Shown here: positions 29,001 through 39,222 of the stretch, one piece after another
Layout: the number at the start of each line of letters is the position of its first letter
How positions within the stretch are numbered: position 1 is the stretch's first letter
Origin: a virus
Lineage: Duplodnaviria; Caudoviricetes
Strand: one strand, 5' to 3'
IMG/VR virus record: IMGVR_UViG_3300047576_000028
Span: 1-64,000 of that record
DNA: 64,000 bases
Translations under genes and position numbers: made by a program
The notes under the pieces: generated by a model
What the model saw: only the letters and a program-made list of their open reading frames with translations
Told to the model about the DNA's origin: nothing
Databases searched by the model: none

Positions 29001-29558
29001 ACTGGCTGTTTTCGAAAGACTGTCCGTCACGGTTACGACGAACGTAAACGTCCCAACTGCGGTAGGAACGCCTTCAATCAGGCCATTCAATAGACCCGGA
29101 CTTGTAGACAGGCTTAGCCCGGCAGGCAGCGCTCCGCTTGTCACTGCGAACGTGAATGGCGGGGTCCCGCCCGCGATAAACAACACCCCGGTATAAACGT
29201 CGCCAATGACCCCGGTCGCCGGAGGAGAGGCAATCGTAAAGCCCGTTACCATGATGGTGATGGCTTCAGTTGCGGTGGCGCTGGCTGAGTCTGTTACTTT
29301 CGCCGTAAACGTTACAGGCCCGACTGTCGTAGGCGTGCCGGTAATGGCTCCGGTCGAACTATTTAGGCTCAGACCGGCTGGCAAGCTACCGACCGAAATT
29401 GAATAGGTATAGGGAGCGGCGCCGCCGATGGCCTGAAGGGACTGCGAATACGCTACCCCAACCCTAGCGCTTACGCCAGGGAAAGGCAACAGTGTCAACG
29501 ACACGGTACCGCTTGCGCCTGACGGAGGGAACTTAGATATGATCGTTGCTGTAGCCAT
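26007..29558 (-). CDS. Tail fibre / receptor-binding protein with two Ig-like and two carbohydrate-binding-like modules
   Basis: GSLPAGLSL..GAITGTPT repeats; VQNGNFD..W jelly-roll starts; LITDLQTHGLI C-terminus. Confidence 0.75.
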   Translation of the reverse strand: MATATIISKFPPSGASGTVSLTLLPFPGVSARVGVAYSQSLQAIGGAAPYTYSISVGSLPAGLSLNSSTGAITGTPTTVGPVTFTAKVTDSASATATEAITIMVTGFTIASPPATGVIGDVYTGVLFIAGGTPPFTFAVTSGALPAGLSLSTSPGLLNGLIEGVPTAVGTFTFVVTVTDSLSKTASTPSSVINITAVGATGPVGEVTGVTATARYFNAASGGQTADECWQLIVKATPPSDPKWFQSNVFLCPFAVLAAPGPGLSGTTAIPSETSGYAGGTVQVYVTPWAVPQQITVASDGKTVTWTAGPLFNPALASPASGASVNGLLYCLVAGALNQITITGTTTGTLQTGVTPGTGITLATMEARFGLIQDSTANSPNGDTIIIDAGTSNAEAFTIQSLSQALLYGTGDWLALWTITRSPGAHPAHTGVTASVTYGGAAYSKFVVDVAGAGSDQWAGSIEPSQTQSVSSPYQMGAPTAYMVFVVGETAAFVLNPWIASTTPTVILGTVELQTLGSIAANRIAATSLGPGYSGGSGYPIQSSGTPGALGDMVQNGNFDQQPLGTVGACWALSGSASLVSPGYNGSAHCLQIAAGTATQVYQVAQNGVVYVFSVDAGAQYVMAAFVECDAGTTTTYGQMTMTVAWVNSSGSVFSTSPLPYPIVTSWTAITQVVTAPTGAVQALFYAANGGGAGNVGNYRIDDITFATLIPTGAGTAVDSFGNLISIGVSNNLVADGIFAITVGAAPPGSTTEPTVGDWCQSSAPNYLTGRVPIATSVAYVDSLANSSGGTGSAYTSGTNALKLINCVYGTQGIVCNLTECKPGQAFPLSVAACKPSSGGGGNLYVYVSFFNSTGGFVSGTPSLVTPGTSWGLYTAAGIAPSNASYVAAEFICSTAGTIWINNVVLYGPVGAGLANDGFGNQIVSTGGPLSLSGGDVVIADQAILNQYYANTSISNGLMELATLESSSFASGAAAGNITIGSLNADTVDAANGVFIQLVGGIVTAAIAFYAPEIVCTNGPYTISLNSAGVAVSVYNSTTGGLIDLTNGYVATSASGTGVGGHSTSLVSELTCVSVSAGLNVTLTDNVTTLVNSVVITIAAGEATELALLYESSGGIQLITAGFGNSHIFIDYEQVLAGQQTGWNAVSGSVSRGTLNTATATLSTVAETLGALITDLQTHGLING

Positions 29559-32500
29559 TACGCGTTCACTCTGAAAGTGAAACTAGCTCCCTGAATAGAT
29601 CCGGTCCAGGAGGTGCTGCCGTCGAGGAAGGTGTCGCCTGAGTAAGTATTGACCGTTACAGTGTTAGCGCTTGAATCGTTTTTCGAAACCGTGAATTCCT
29701 GATTTGGAATGCTAGAGAATAGCAGGCAGTTGTACACAACGTTACCACCAGAACAGTCTGCCTCAATATTGCTGTCCCACGCATTCATAGTTGATGTGCC
29801 TGCGGTAATCAGGCGCGTTCCACCGGCTCCGAATAGATATATCATTTGCTTCGGGTGACAGAAATCCGGCGCGGTATTCCCGTTGATATCAAGTGTTCTA
29901 ACCGTGAACAGCCACACTTGATTCGAAAGGTTCTGCATGTTCGGCACCGCTATAGTCACCACGCCGCCGGTCTTGTTGGGAGTCTGGTACGAAGGTGTCT
30001 TCCATTCCGCTGCAGTCGCAGGCTTTACGACAATCACCACATCACCGTCGTTCGGTTGTTGCTGCCACGTGCCTAATAGGTTCACCGTGATATTGTTAGT
30101 CCCGGATACGCTGGCTATGGGCTGCACGTCGCCAGCGTCCACTCCTGTCATCATTACCGCCAGGTGCCCAGCTTCTATTCCGGTGTCGCCGGTTGGATAA
30201 TACCCGTTGGCAATACTAGGATCGGTGTAAGAACTGGCCGTGAATGTCGCGTCGTACAGTGGCCCTACAAGATCTCCTATAGCCAGTAAACTGGTGAGGC
30301 TTGGCAGTTGGCCCCCAACCGAATTCTGGCCGATTGTCAGCACCATATTGCCACCGCCGCTTCCCACCGCGCTACTCGCGCTGATTGGCATATTCAGGAT
30401 TTGTATCGGCACTGCTGGATCGTAATGGGCAAGCAGCGTGAGTGTATAGCCAGCCCACTGGTTAGTAGTCATTGTGCTGGGAGAGTAGACCGTTACCGTT
30501 CCCGGCGATTCCAGATACGTACCCGTAACGGCCTGTATTTGTTCCGCCCAAGGCCCGGAATGCACAACCTGCTGCCAGACAATTCCAAACTTGTTGAATA
30601 CAGTGTCGGGGCCGCCCGGCGTCGATGCATTAAACGATGTGATGGTCGCGGTCGTTGCACCGCCTGTAACCGTCTGCTGGTAATGCATTTGGTTCTGAGC
30701 TAGTTGCTGGCCCTGGTCTACCAACGTCGCAACTTGCGGCGCTGAGAGTGACTGCAACGCCATATATAGATCGCCGCTATCGGTACCAGATCCCCACTGA
30801 ATCGTTAGCTCGATAGACCCAGTGTCCGTGGCGGATGTTAACGAGGCGATGTTAAACTGAGCGCCAGAGCCAGACCCGCCAATACCGTTCACAATTCCCA
30901 ATGAGTATCCATAGCCAGGATCTCCAACGGAAATAGAGGTGATTGGACCAACACTTGTGCCGGTAATTCCAGTTACTACGACAAAGGCGTTCTGGGACCC
31001 TCCTACGAGATAGATTTGGTCTCCGAGGCGGTAGTTAATCCCCGCGCTCACTATCGCTGGAGGAGGCGCTACGCCTACGCCAACCCCTCCAGGTACATCG
31101 ACGATTACCAGATCACGGTAAGACGTATTGGCGTACGGCCCGCTATCGGCGTTGAATGCGGATAGGCCAATTGCATACTGCCCGGCCGGCACAGAGCCTC
31201 CAACGGCGGATGGCATTGCCGTGATATAAGCCCCGTCAAGTTCGTCATCCAGGGCATTGATGACGGGCACGCCTGTAATCTGAATGTCCGCAGAACTGAA
31301 CCCTCCGTCTCCGTCCGCCACATAGACCGGAAGGATTCCGAAGTTCCCCTGTCCAGCAGTTCCCGCCGTGTAGAGCGCATCTCCGCTGAGCGGGGCGATG
31401 CCTCCAGGACTCCATGGGAATGGAACGGCTTGGTTTACTCCGTAGCCGGGCAGCACGGCTTGCGCATATCCCTGTGGGCTTAGTTCTTCGGTAATGTCCC
31501 ACGGGTAGATGTTGGCATTCGACTGCTGTACGTCAATTTCGGTATACAGCACGAGGGCGTTGTTCTTTTGCGCGTCTGCCCGGAACCTGACAGCCCGCAC
31601 CTCCAGTACTTCATTGCTCCACGCCAGCGGCGGGAAGGTGGCGGCGATTACGTCGAGCGGTACGAACTGGTATCCGGCCATATTCAGCGTGAGCGTGCCG
31701 CTCCAGACTCCGTAAGCGCCCTGATTACGCCGACGGAGTAATTCGATCTTCGCGATGCGCTGAGCCGCAGACGAACTCAGCGTAAACGGAAGGTGAATGT
31801 CTAGGTAACGCCGCTGTCCGAGGTCCAGGGCTAAGTTGATGTCTCCACCGTATTGCGATGGACCGGCATAGCCGTGAAGCGTATCCTGCGCGTAATACGG
31901 AAAGTCGGATGGCTGGTACTTGTTGGCCGCAGATATATACGTGCCCTTGACGGCGTTGTACAGGTCTCTAGTGCCAATTCCATTCCAACGCACCGGGCCA
32001 GCCGCCATCTGCAAGACATTGATTTGCGGTATCGTATAGCCAGCCACAACTGGCGATCCAGAAGGGAAGCCTATGGGTGCCCAGTAACCGGGCTGGAAGG
32101 AATACAGGCCACCCGTGTAGAGAAACCTTCCGGCGCATGACGTGAGAAGATTCTGTAAAATCTCTCCGCGTCGCAAACTGAGGTCAAACCTGCCATCGCA
32201 CTGGTACTTCGGCTCCGTACCACCAGCAGCCAAATTGACCGGCTGGTCGCACACATCGGCGGACACCGTAAGCGCCGTTACGTCGATGTTCTTGTACGGC
32301 TGCACGCTGCCGCCCGGAGTCAAATACGGAGCCGCGCATCCCCAAGTGGGGTCCGCTAAGTAGTCCGCAATACATAGGGCGGCGTTGTTGCTGTAGACCG
32401 CCGAACTCGCCGGCCCGGTAAGCTCTGTTATTTTGATAGTACAGCCAAAGCCGTGCTGCGTTCCCCCGTTGTTCCCGGAAGTGGTCGTTATACCCGTCTG

Positions 32501-33991
32501 GTATCCGTAACCGGGATAAGTAAGACGCACGCCCACCACCGCGCCGCTAGAATTCACGCCCTCTATTTCGAATCTTCCAAGCGCGCCACCGTCCAGCGAC
32601 AATTCTTCGAATTGAGCGTACCCGCTGCCTCCGTTGACGATCGATATTGTACTCACGCCAGAAGCGATTCCGCCGAGTACGGTTACGTTAAACGTCGCGC
32701 CTGAGCCAGAGCCGCCGCTCGATGACGCGACGCCGAGTGAGTAACCGTAACCGGTGTCCGTAACTGCCCATGAGGTTGGGTTACCCAATCCATCCACGCC
32801 CGTAAGCGTCATGGTGCCGCCAGATCCGCCGCCCAGTGTAAGCACGTCGCCAAAGCTGTAACCGCCAGCGCCAGCCGATTGCAGCGTCACTGACTTGAGT
32901 CCAGTCAGGGCGCCAAGTCGCGGATCGTAGATATTATTCTTACCTCGGACCAAGAATGACACTTGCGGGATGCCGCCTGCGAAGATATTGGCATCATACG
33001 TCAGGCGCACAAAAGCGGCGGTCTTGCCCTGCATCGAGGCATAATTAGTCCACGGGTTGGGTGAACCGGAACTCTGCCCAGGGCTGTTCCCGGCATTCTC
33101 TGGATACTGCGGGCTTACTAATAGCGTGCCGTCGCCCGGACCCGCCTCGGCACCCTGCCATGGGGTGCCAGAGACCATTCCGGCAAACGTCTGCCCTAAG
33201 GTTTGATTGCCGAGCATATACTCGACATAAACGTTGCGCCCGAACAGACTCCATTGCGTACCTATCCATCCGGTCGCACCAGATACTCCGGGGGTTACCG
33301 TGACAGGCTGGCCGCCGTTGAGTACCGTGAACGTGATACTTACGCCAGACACTCGTGACAATGTCGCGACGATGAAGTTACCGTTCAGGCTGGTATACTC
33401 GTCAGCAATAGACCCGCCAGGTCCCTCTACTTGATAAATGCGGATCGGAAAGCCAACCTGAATCGCCGGTATATCGTAATGGGACGACACTACCGTTACA
33501 ACGTCGTTAGCCCTGGTGATGGAATCGCCACTTGCTAGTTGTATGCGCGTTTGGGCCGGGCTATAGCTGGTGCCACCAATGGCAGGCCATGTGTTAGGGA
33601 GAAGGTTGGGGGTTACCGCCGTAGGGTCTATAGACACAACAGCCTGATTGAACAGCATCGTATCGACGCTCAAGACTGGGTGCGCGCAGAGCACAAAAAC
33701 CATGTCGAGCATTTGGTTATTGTGACCCCAGTTGTATATGTAGACCAAGGTGCCACCGAGTTTGCCTTGCCCGTAGAGTACATCCCACGTCTTGATCGGG
33801 TTGCGTATAGCGCTTCCCGTTCCGGGTTTGCGGTCTCCAGCTATCAGCGTACCTATCCCGCTAGCGGCAAGCCCAATTCCGGCCGATATCATATAGCCGG
33901 ATGCCGGGTTAAATTCGCTAGTGAGCGCGCCGACGACGACCAGGCCGATGCCGCCGATTGTTTTGAGAATACCAGTATCTTGGGATGTCAT
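29558..33991 (-). CDS. Tail tip / central fibre protein (gpJ-like)
   Basis: VLYGQGKLGG, GIPQVSFLVRGK, YSNNAALCIADYL, YNAVKGTY, AQRIAKIEL. Confidence 0.88.
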   Translation of the reverse strand: MTSQDTGILKTIGGIGLVVVGALTSEFNPASGYMISAGIGLAASGIGTLIAGDRKPGTGSAIRNPIKTWDVLYGQGKLGGTLVYIYNWGHNNQMLDMVFVLCAHPVLSVDTMLFNQAVVSIDPTAVTPNLLPNTWPAIGGTSYSPAQTRIQLASGDSITRANDVVTVVSSHYDIPAIQVGFPIRIYQVEGPGGSIADEYTSLNGNFIVATLSRVSGVSITFTVLNGGQPVTVTPGVSGATGWIGTQWSLFGRNVYVEYMLGNQTLGQTFAGMVSGTPWQGAEAGPGDGTLLVSPQYPENAGNSPGQSSGSPNPWTNYASMQGKTAAFVRLTYDANIFAGGIPQVSFLVRGKNNIYDPRLGALTGLKSVTLQSAGAGGYSFGDVLTLGGGSGGTMTLTGVDGLGNPTSWAVTDTGYGYSLGVASSSGGSGSGATFNVTVLGGIASGVSTISIVNGGSGYAQFEELSLDGGALGRFEIEGVNSSGAVVGVRLTYPGYGYQTGITTTSGNNGGTQHGFGCTIKITELTGPASSAVYSNNAALCIADYLADPTWGCAAPYLTPGGSVQPYKNIDVTALTVSADVCDQPVNLAAGGTEPKYQCDGRFDLSLRRGEILQNLLTSCAGRFLYTGGLYSFQPGYWAPIGFPSGSPVVAGYTIPQINVLQMAAGPVRWNGIGTRDLYNAVKGTYISAANKYQPSDFPYYAQDTLHGYAGPSQYGGDINLALDLGQRRYLDIHLPFTLSSSAAQRIAKIELLRRRNQGAYGVWSGTLTLNMAGYQFVPLDVIAATFPPLAWSNEVLEVRAVRFRADAQKNNALVLYTEIDVQQSNANIYPWDITEELSPQGYAQAVLPGYGVNQAVPFPWSPGGIAPLSGDALYTAGTAGQGNFGILPVYVADGDGGFSSADIQITGVPVINALDDELDGAYITAMPSAVGGSVPAGQYAIGLSAFNADSGPYANTSYRDLVIVDVPGGVGVGVAPPPAIVSAGINYRLGDQIYLVGGSQNAFVVVTGITGTSVGPITSISVGDPGYGYSLGIVNGIGGSGSGAQFNIASLTSATDTGSIELTIQWGSGTDSGDLYMALQSLSAPQVATLVDQGQQLAQNQMHYQQTVTGGATTATITSFNASTPGGPDTVFNKFGIVWQQVVHSGPWAEQIQAVTGTYLESPGTVTVYSPSTMTTNQWAGYTLTLLAHYDPAVPIQILNMPISASSAVGSGGGNMVLTIGQNSVGGQLPSLTSLLAIGDLVGPLYDATFTASSYTDPSIANGYYPTGDTGIEAGHLAVMMTGVDAGDVQPIASVSGTNNITVNLLGTWQQQPNDGDVVIVVKPATAAEWKTPSYQTPNKTGGVVTIAVPNMQNLSNQVWLFTVRTLDINGNTAPDFCHPKQMIYLFGAGGTRLITAGTSTMNAWDSNIEADCSGGNVVYNCLLFSSIPNQEFTVSKNDSSANTVTVNTYSGDTFLDGSTSWTGSIQGASFTFRVNA

Positions 33992-34626
33992 ACAGCGGTG
34001 GCACCTAGAGCTATCAGCGCGGTCTCGTGGCGAGACGCGAACGACGGGCTATTGGTGGCGTTGGAGTTGGCCGTGGTGCCCCAATTGATCGTAGTCTCTT
34101 GCACAGAATTGACAAAATTGAAGCCGACATCTCCCGGCCAATCCATTTGCTGATCCTGCTGCGTGTACCTGCGGTCCACCGGTACGTTGAGTGTGACTAG
34201 CAGGTTCTCGCAGTTGATGTCTATGGTGGCGCTCGTTGCGGATAGTCGTACGTTAGGTTGATCTGTTACGCCAGACCACAACAGTACCGGACTGTTTACT
34301 GGCGCCCCGCCAGACATGGCAGCTAGCCAGATTTGCACCGGCAGCCCTAGTTGCAGATCATTGAGAGACTCGCTCAGCAGCGTTGGGTCGATGCCGCTAA
34401 GCGATATAATTACGCCGCGCGCCTCTACCGTAGAGCCTTCCTCAATTTGTTGCCCAAGCGACAGGAAACTTCCCATGCCGGTCCATGTCAACGAATTCCA
34501 GCTTACCGGCCCCGCTCCGGTCCACATGTTAGCGGTGCCGGTCGAGAACGTCATTTGGACAAATATGGCTGGCTCGAAAGACGCGGAGATAGCTGCCAGC
34601 ATCGCGCTGGTCATGCTACGGGGCAT
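33988..34626 (-). CDS. Minor tail / baseplate hub protein
   Basis: WTGMGSFLS, ISLSGID, RRYTQQDQQ..PGDVGFNFV. Confidence 0.8.
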   Translation of the reverse strand: MPRSMTSAMLAAISASFEPAIFVQMTFSTGTANMWTGAGPVSWNSLTWTGMGSFLSLGQQIEEGSTVEARGVIISLSGIDPTLLSESLNDLQLGLPVQIWLAAMSGGAPVNSPVLLWSGVTDQPNVRLSATSATIDINCENLLVTLNVPVDRRYTQQDQQMDWPGDVGFNFVNSVQETTINWGTTANSNATNSPSFASRHETALIALGATAV

Positions 34627-34811
34627 TGTGGCCTTCCATATACTCTTCCAGGTCTCCCCACGGCCCATTGCCGCACTTCTGGCATGCGCCATCTACGATT
34701 GCCACACCGCATGAGCGGCAGATAGGCCCGAGACGCGCGCGCGGACGCACAAGGCAGTAAGCCAAGTGCGCAACTCCACACACAGCCGGAAGTATGAGCC
34801 AGAAACGCAAA

Positions 34812-35435
34812 TCAGTAAGCCTCGCGCGCGTCGATTGAGATACCGTACATTTTGGTCTCGCGGACACTGTGCTTCCCGGAATTTTCTTTAAGCCGCCACA
34901 GGCCGGTAGTATTAGACACAATCACGGTATCACCATTGTTAGGAGACACGCGCAGGCTAGGATACAGTCCGAGTGTGCCGCCGCTCAAAGAGGTGACGCG
35001 GTAAAGGTATCCAATCGACATGCTCGGGACGTTTACCTGTATCCAGTCCGCAACCCGCAACCCGCTACCGCCAGAGGTAATGAGCGAGAAGCCTGTCTGA
35101 TTAGCGCCGTTAACTATGTACGTTCCTGTGATCGTTCCCTGCGTCGATGTGTTGAGCGGGTCGCCAAGCTGAAAGAGGTTCAGAATGCCCTGTAGCGATT
35201 CCATCCACGCGACGAATGCCAGCGCTTGCGCGTTACTCATCGATTGAAACGTGAATGATACCTCACGAGGACCAGCTCCCCAATATTGCGTCTGTTGCTG
35301 TCCGGTGAAGGGATTCGTTAACTCTCCGACGATATCGTTCCTCATCCATTCCATCGTTCGCGGCACTATCGCGTGTCCATTGGCGATGACGGATGGAAGA
35401 TTAAGTACGGTCCCGCCAAGATAGGTTGTAGGCAT
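34812..35435 (-). CDS. Distal tail protein
   Basis: NPFTGQQQTQYW, LQG..NLFQLGDP; follows the tape measure gene. Confidence 0.8.
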   Translation of the reverse strand: MPTTYLGGTVLNLPSVIANGHAIVPRTMEWMRNDIVGELTNPFTGQQQTQYWGAGPREVSFTFQSMSNAQALAFVAWMESLQGILNLFQLGDPLNTSTQGTITGTYIVNGANQTGFSLITSGGSGLRVADWIQVNVPSMSIGYLYRVTSLSGGTLGLYPSLRVSPNNGDTVIVSNTTGLWRLKENSGKHSVRETKMYGISIDAREAY

Positions 35436-35439
35436 TTAT

Positions 35440-37860
35440 CTATCTGCGAGGCATGCGGCGAGACCGCTCAGTAGTGGCGGACACGGCGCTCGCGATTGCG
35501 GAGTTCTGGACGCCAGACATCAATGCGCGCACGCGCCCTTCAACGCCAATATCCGCGCCGCGAAGATCTAGATTCCAGACGTGCGTATCGCCCCCCATTT
35601 TCGATGCTGGAATAACGGTTCCAGAGGTGCGCGGCGTAAAATACTCCTGTCCAGATTCCTGCCAGCCGTAAATCTTGCCGGGGACTACGTCGCCGCCAGA
35701 AGCCATCCAGCCGCCCACTTCAGAGTCGCCCATTTCAGAAGAGAAGCCAACTCCAGAAGCGGCACTCGTGCCTGTAGAAGAAGCGGAAGTTCCTAAAGCG
35801 GCACTCGCGCCTGTAGAAGAAGCGGAAGTTCCTGCGCCCTGTAATAGGCGTCGGAAGAATTGCAAGAATTTCAAGTCGATTGAGGTACCGTACAATTGCG
35901 TACTGCCACCCGCGCTAGACGCTTCTGAAGTCCACGGCGATGCACTTACCGTCGGGCCGCCTGAACCTTGAGCATTCACAAGCTCCACATACAACGCCGT
36001 GGGCCGTGATTGCCCGGTACGATTTAGCTTAATGCCTAATGCCGTGCCTACCCTACCAAGACCTTGCTGCGCAAGAGATTTGACGCTGCTCGTGACCATC
36101 GATTCGCCAATACCTTCAAACGTCTTTCCAAACGTCTTTCCGACATCGCCTTTCTTAATCTGTCCAGTAAGCAGCTTGCCAAGATCCTCAGATACGCGGT
36201 CCAACGCGGAATGCATCGCCTGATAGAAGATCTCACCGGCCTCCTCCGAATTGTGCTGCATGTCCATAAAGAACGATTTGACATTGTGCTGGGCGGGATT
36301 CAGTTCGGCGACCTGTTTCGCCATCTCTATATTCAATTTCAGGATTGCGTGATCGCGCGTGTCGATGGCTAATTTGGTTTCGAGTACCGTATTCCACTCA
36401 TGCATTTGCTCATAATAACGAGCCATAATGGCCGCGTATTCAACGTCCTGCTGCTTCGCTAACGTACCGGTTTTGTCGCTGGGATTGCCCGCAATCCCAA
36501 TCATATGAACATCAGCGGCGGTCCTGTCCTGTTTGGCTTCCTTGTTGATACGATTTATTTCATCGGCTACCTTCGTCGCTTGCTTGCCCCACTCTTCCGT
36601 CAAGTGCAAGCCTTCGCGGACCTGCACATTGATGTACTTCAAGAGGCCCTCTCTATCTTGAAGAGCGATTTTCTCTTGAAGCTCGTAACTCTCATTCATC
36701 AGCTTGCGGCTTTGTTCGGCTTCGGTATTCAGGACATTCTCGCGCTTGATCCGATACTCCTCGGCTATTCTCTCTACCAGTATTCCGTGATAATTTCCCT
36801 CTGTCTTCAGGTCCGCAATCCTTTGCTTTTCAGCCGCATCCACCGCTTGCATAGCGGTCAGTTGCTTCTCTTGAGCTTTGGCAATTTCGTCGTCCGCTTG
36901 CTTGACGGATTCCTTGTATTTCTTGGCGGCAGAGGCTCCGGCCTCTAGTCCGGCCGTTTCTGCATCTTTCTTCGCTGCCGCTGTTTGGAGGTTGATTAAA
37001 TCCCGCATCCGGTCTATGGCGGTGTTCGTGGCCTGCAACGCGCGAAGCGATTTCGTTTCGTCTATTCCTGGCCGCATGAAGGTGCCCTCAGCCGGAGATA
37101 ACGGAGACGCTGACATCGACACGCTAGTCGGTTTAGCCAGGCGGTTGGCTGTTTGGATCATGTCCTTTACCACAGCACTCGCCTGATTCAGAATTACCAG
37201 TTGATCTGCTGGATTGTTCGTACCGCCAAGAGCCTCTCTGATCTTCTGGAGATATTCATCAAGTTCGTCGGTGCCCCCAACTCCTAAAAGCTGCTTAAAC
37301 CACCCGACGCTTTCCTTCTTAATGACCTCATCCACCTTGCTTATGTCCTTATCCAGTTCCTCTCCTAACTTTTTCCCTGCCGCCACTGCCTCATCCAACT
37401 GTAACTTAAACACGTTCTCGTGCTTGCCGAGCAACTTGGCGATCTGGTTATCAAGCTTATCGTTGTGAACTTGCAAATCCGCTACAGACAATTCCATCGG
37501 CGCGGTAACTTCCCGAAAGGCGTCGGCTGCTTTCCTGGCGCTCTCCTCGGTCTTTTTGAAAAAGTCCACCACCTTGCCAGCCAGGCTAACAATCATGCCG
37601 GCGAAGGCGATACCGCCGATCAGCGGGAATGCGGCTTGCAGTGCTGGTCCAAGGTGAAGCGTCTGTGCAAGGAAACGGGCTACGCCGCGCGTATTGTTCC
37701 CAAGGTTGCCTTCCAACTCACGCAACGCTACGGTAGTAGGAGCCATCGCGCCTGCACCGCTGGCGCCAAAAGAACGCAATGCGCCCTTGCACTGTTCCAG
37801 CTGGGCATTCATTTTTGCAGTCCCGGCGGTTATATCGATACTGATCGTAGCTGCGCGCAT
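35440..37860 (-). CDS. Tail tape measure protein
   Basis: Long helical protein; ASGGDVVPGKIY..ESGQEYFTP..G.VIP C-terminal motif. Confidence 0.88.
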   Translation of the reverse strand: MRAATISIDITAGTAKMNAQLEQCKGALRSFGASGAGAMAPTTVALRELEGNLGNNTRGVARFLAQTLHLGPALQAAFPLIGGIAFAGMIVSLAGKVVDFFKKTEESARKAADAFREVTAPMELSVADLQVHNDKLDNQIAKLLGKHENVFKLQLDEAVAAGKKLGEELDKDISKVDEVIKKESVGWFKQLLGVGGTDELDEYLQKIREALGGTNNPADQLVILNQASAVVKDMIQTANRLAKPTSVSMSASPLSPAEGTFMRPGIDETKSLRALQATNTAIDRMRDLINLQTAAAKKDAETAGLEAGASAAKKYKESVKQADDEIAKAQEKQLTAMQAVDAAEKQRIADLKTEGNYHGILVERIAEEYRIKRENVLNTEAEQSRKLMNESYELQEKIALQDREGLLKYINVQVREGLHLTEEWGKQATKVADEINRINKEAKQDRTAADVHMIGIAGNPSDKTGTLAKQQDVEYAAIMARYYEQMHEWNTVLETKLAIDTRDHAILKLNIEMAKQVAELNPAQHNVKSFFMDMQHNSEEAGEIFYQAMHSALDRVSEDLGKLLTGQIKKGDVGKTFGKTFEGIGESMVTSSVKSLAQQGLGRVGTALGIKLNRTGQSRPTALYVELVNAQGSGGPTVSASPWTSEASSAGGSTQLYGTSIDLKFLQFFRRLLQGAGTSASSTGASAALGTSASSTGTSAASGVGFSSEMGDSEVGGWMASGGDVVPGKIYGWQESGQEYFTPRTSGTVIPASKMGGDTHVWNLDLRGADIGVEGRVRALMSGVQNSAIASAVSATTERSRRMPRR
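35757..35833. repeat. 39-bp in-frame tandem duplication in the tape measure gene
   Basis: AAGCGGCACTCG(T/C)GCCTGTAGAAGAAGCGGAAGTTCCT twice. Confidence 0.9.
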
Positions 37861-37863
37861 AAC

Positions 37864-38415
37864 TTACGCTACCTTATCAAACTCTGCCGCTACACTCGCC
37901 CAGCTTGTGCCCGTGACTAGCGTCTCTTCGAGTGACCGCACAAATGCCTCGACCGCGTCATCTGCCGACTCGAATGCAGCGGGCCGCATAAATGGATGCG
38001 GAGGGACAATTCCCAACACTTTACCGACGTAGTTTTTCATTCGATCAGCCCACTTGGCGCCGTGTGCGATCATTCGATGACCGTACTCAACGAACCGGGC
38101 TACATCGCCGTATTTGCCAAAGTTAATCGAGGCTACACCGCCGTCCTCGGCAAAGTAAATATCCGTTCGGATATGAAGTGATAAACTGCCGGGATAGGCA
38201 AACATCCCAGCCGGATATTCAGCGACCGGCGTCCATCTCTCCAAAGCATTAAAGACAGGTACGGCGGCCGCTACTAGGGCGCGGGCGAATCCAATCTTTC
38301 GTACGTCTCCAGGCACGCGATCCAGCATCGCACACGCCTCCTCAATGCCGCTAATCTGGATGCCAAATCCCTCATTCTCGCCAATGACCGCGCCGGTTCC
38401 CGTTAGGTATGGCAT
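37864..38415 (-). CDS. HK97 gp10-like tail component
   Basis: ARFVEYGH and PPHPFMRPAAFE. Confidence 0.85.
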   Translation of the reverse strand: MPYLTGTGAVIGENEGFGIQISGIEEACAMLDRVPGDVRKIGFARALVAAAVPVFNALERWTPVAEYPAGMFAYPGSLSLHIRTDIYFAEDGGVASINFGKYGDVARFVEYGHRMIAHGAKWADRMKNYVGKVLGIVPPHPFMRPAAFESADDAVEAFVRSLEETLVTGTSWASVAAEFDKVA

Positions 38416-38812
38416 TATCCTTCCGCCTTTGGATTCACCGTGACAATCGGGGAATTCGGCTGCTTCCTCATCTCGTCAACCCAAGCGCGCACGTCCCGCT
38501 CTACCTGCTTGCGATTGATGCGGTCGCGTTTACCGCGCTCGGATGGTTCCTTGTCATCGTTGCCGCGTCCCAACATATCATTCGGCGTCAACTGTTTCTT
38601 TGGAGCGTGAAAACTCCAGTTGGCAACGGTTGCTGCGATCAGCCCGGTCAGGAATTCCTGATGCTCAACCATTTCGGCATATGTATCGATCAGGACGTAG
38701 AACTGGTGGGGCGTCAACTCCAAGAATTCCGCGTCCGTTAACCGCAGCAGCACGCGCGCCTGCGACCAGAAACGCTCCCATAATTCTAGGTGACTGAGGC
38801 TCCGCTGTTTTC
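38415..38812 (-). CDS. Tail assembly chaperone, frameshifted (gpGT-like) part
   Basis: The -1 frame of the chaperone is open from ~38878; EFLELTPHQFY motif; weak slippery GAAAAC at 38807-38812. Confidence 0.65.
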
Positions 38813-39217
38813 GGCCTGCGGATCGGCCTCGGGAGGGACCGTTTTCTCGAATGAGACCCCGTAGGAAGTGAGCAAGGCTTCATGGATACCTCCAGCCGCC
38901 CCCTCGGCCATCGCTATCTCCAGGAGGTTGCCCGCTTCCTCAAGTGTAATGCCGGGGATTAACTTGCCCTTATCGTCGCGAGTTGGGCCGTGCGCTTTTT
39001 GGAGTGCAGCATACAGCAGTGCGCGAAACTGGGATGCTGACATGTCTCCCACGATCGCCGCTTTCATCCCGCCCAAAAGGTTTAGGCCGGTTAGTTTTTC
39101 CGCTTCCGATATGGCATTGAATTTGAACGCCAAATCGTAGGACTTCCCGCCGATGACGACCGGCACGAAGTTAACGGCGGGCATCGCGCCGGTTCCTTCA
39201 ACTGTCCGTTTGCTCAT
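38786..39217 (-). CDS. Tail assembly chaperone (gpG-like)
   Basis: YDLAFKFNAISEAEKLTG, FRALLYAAL; follows the tail tube gene. Confidence 0.8.
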   Translation of the reverse strand: MSKRTVEGTGAMPAVNFVPVVIGGKSYDLAFKFNAISEAEKLTGLNLLGGMKAAIVGDMSASQFRALLYAALQKAHGPTRDDKGKLIPGITLEEAGNLLEIAMAEGAAGGIHEALLTSYGVSFEKTVPPEADPQAENSGASVT

Positions 39218-39222
39218 GGGTT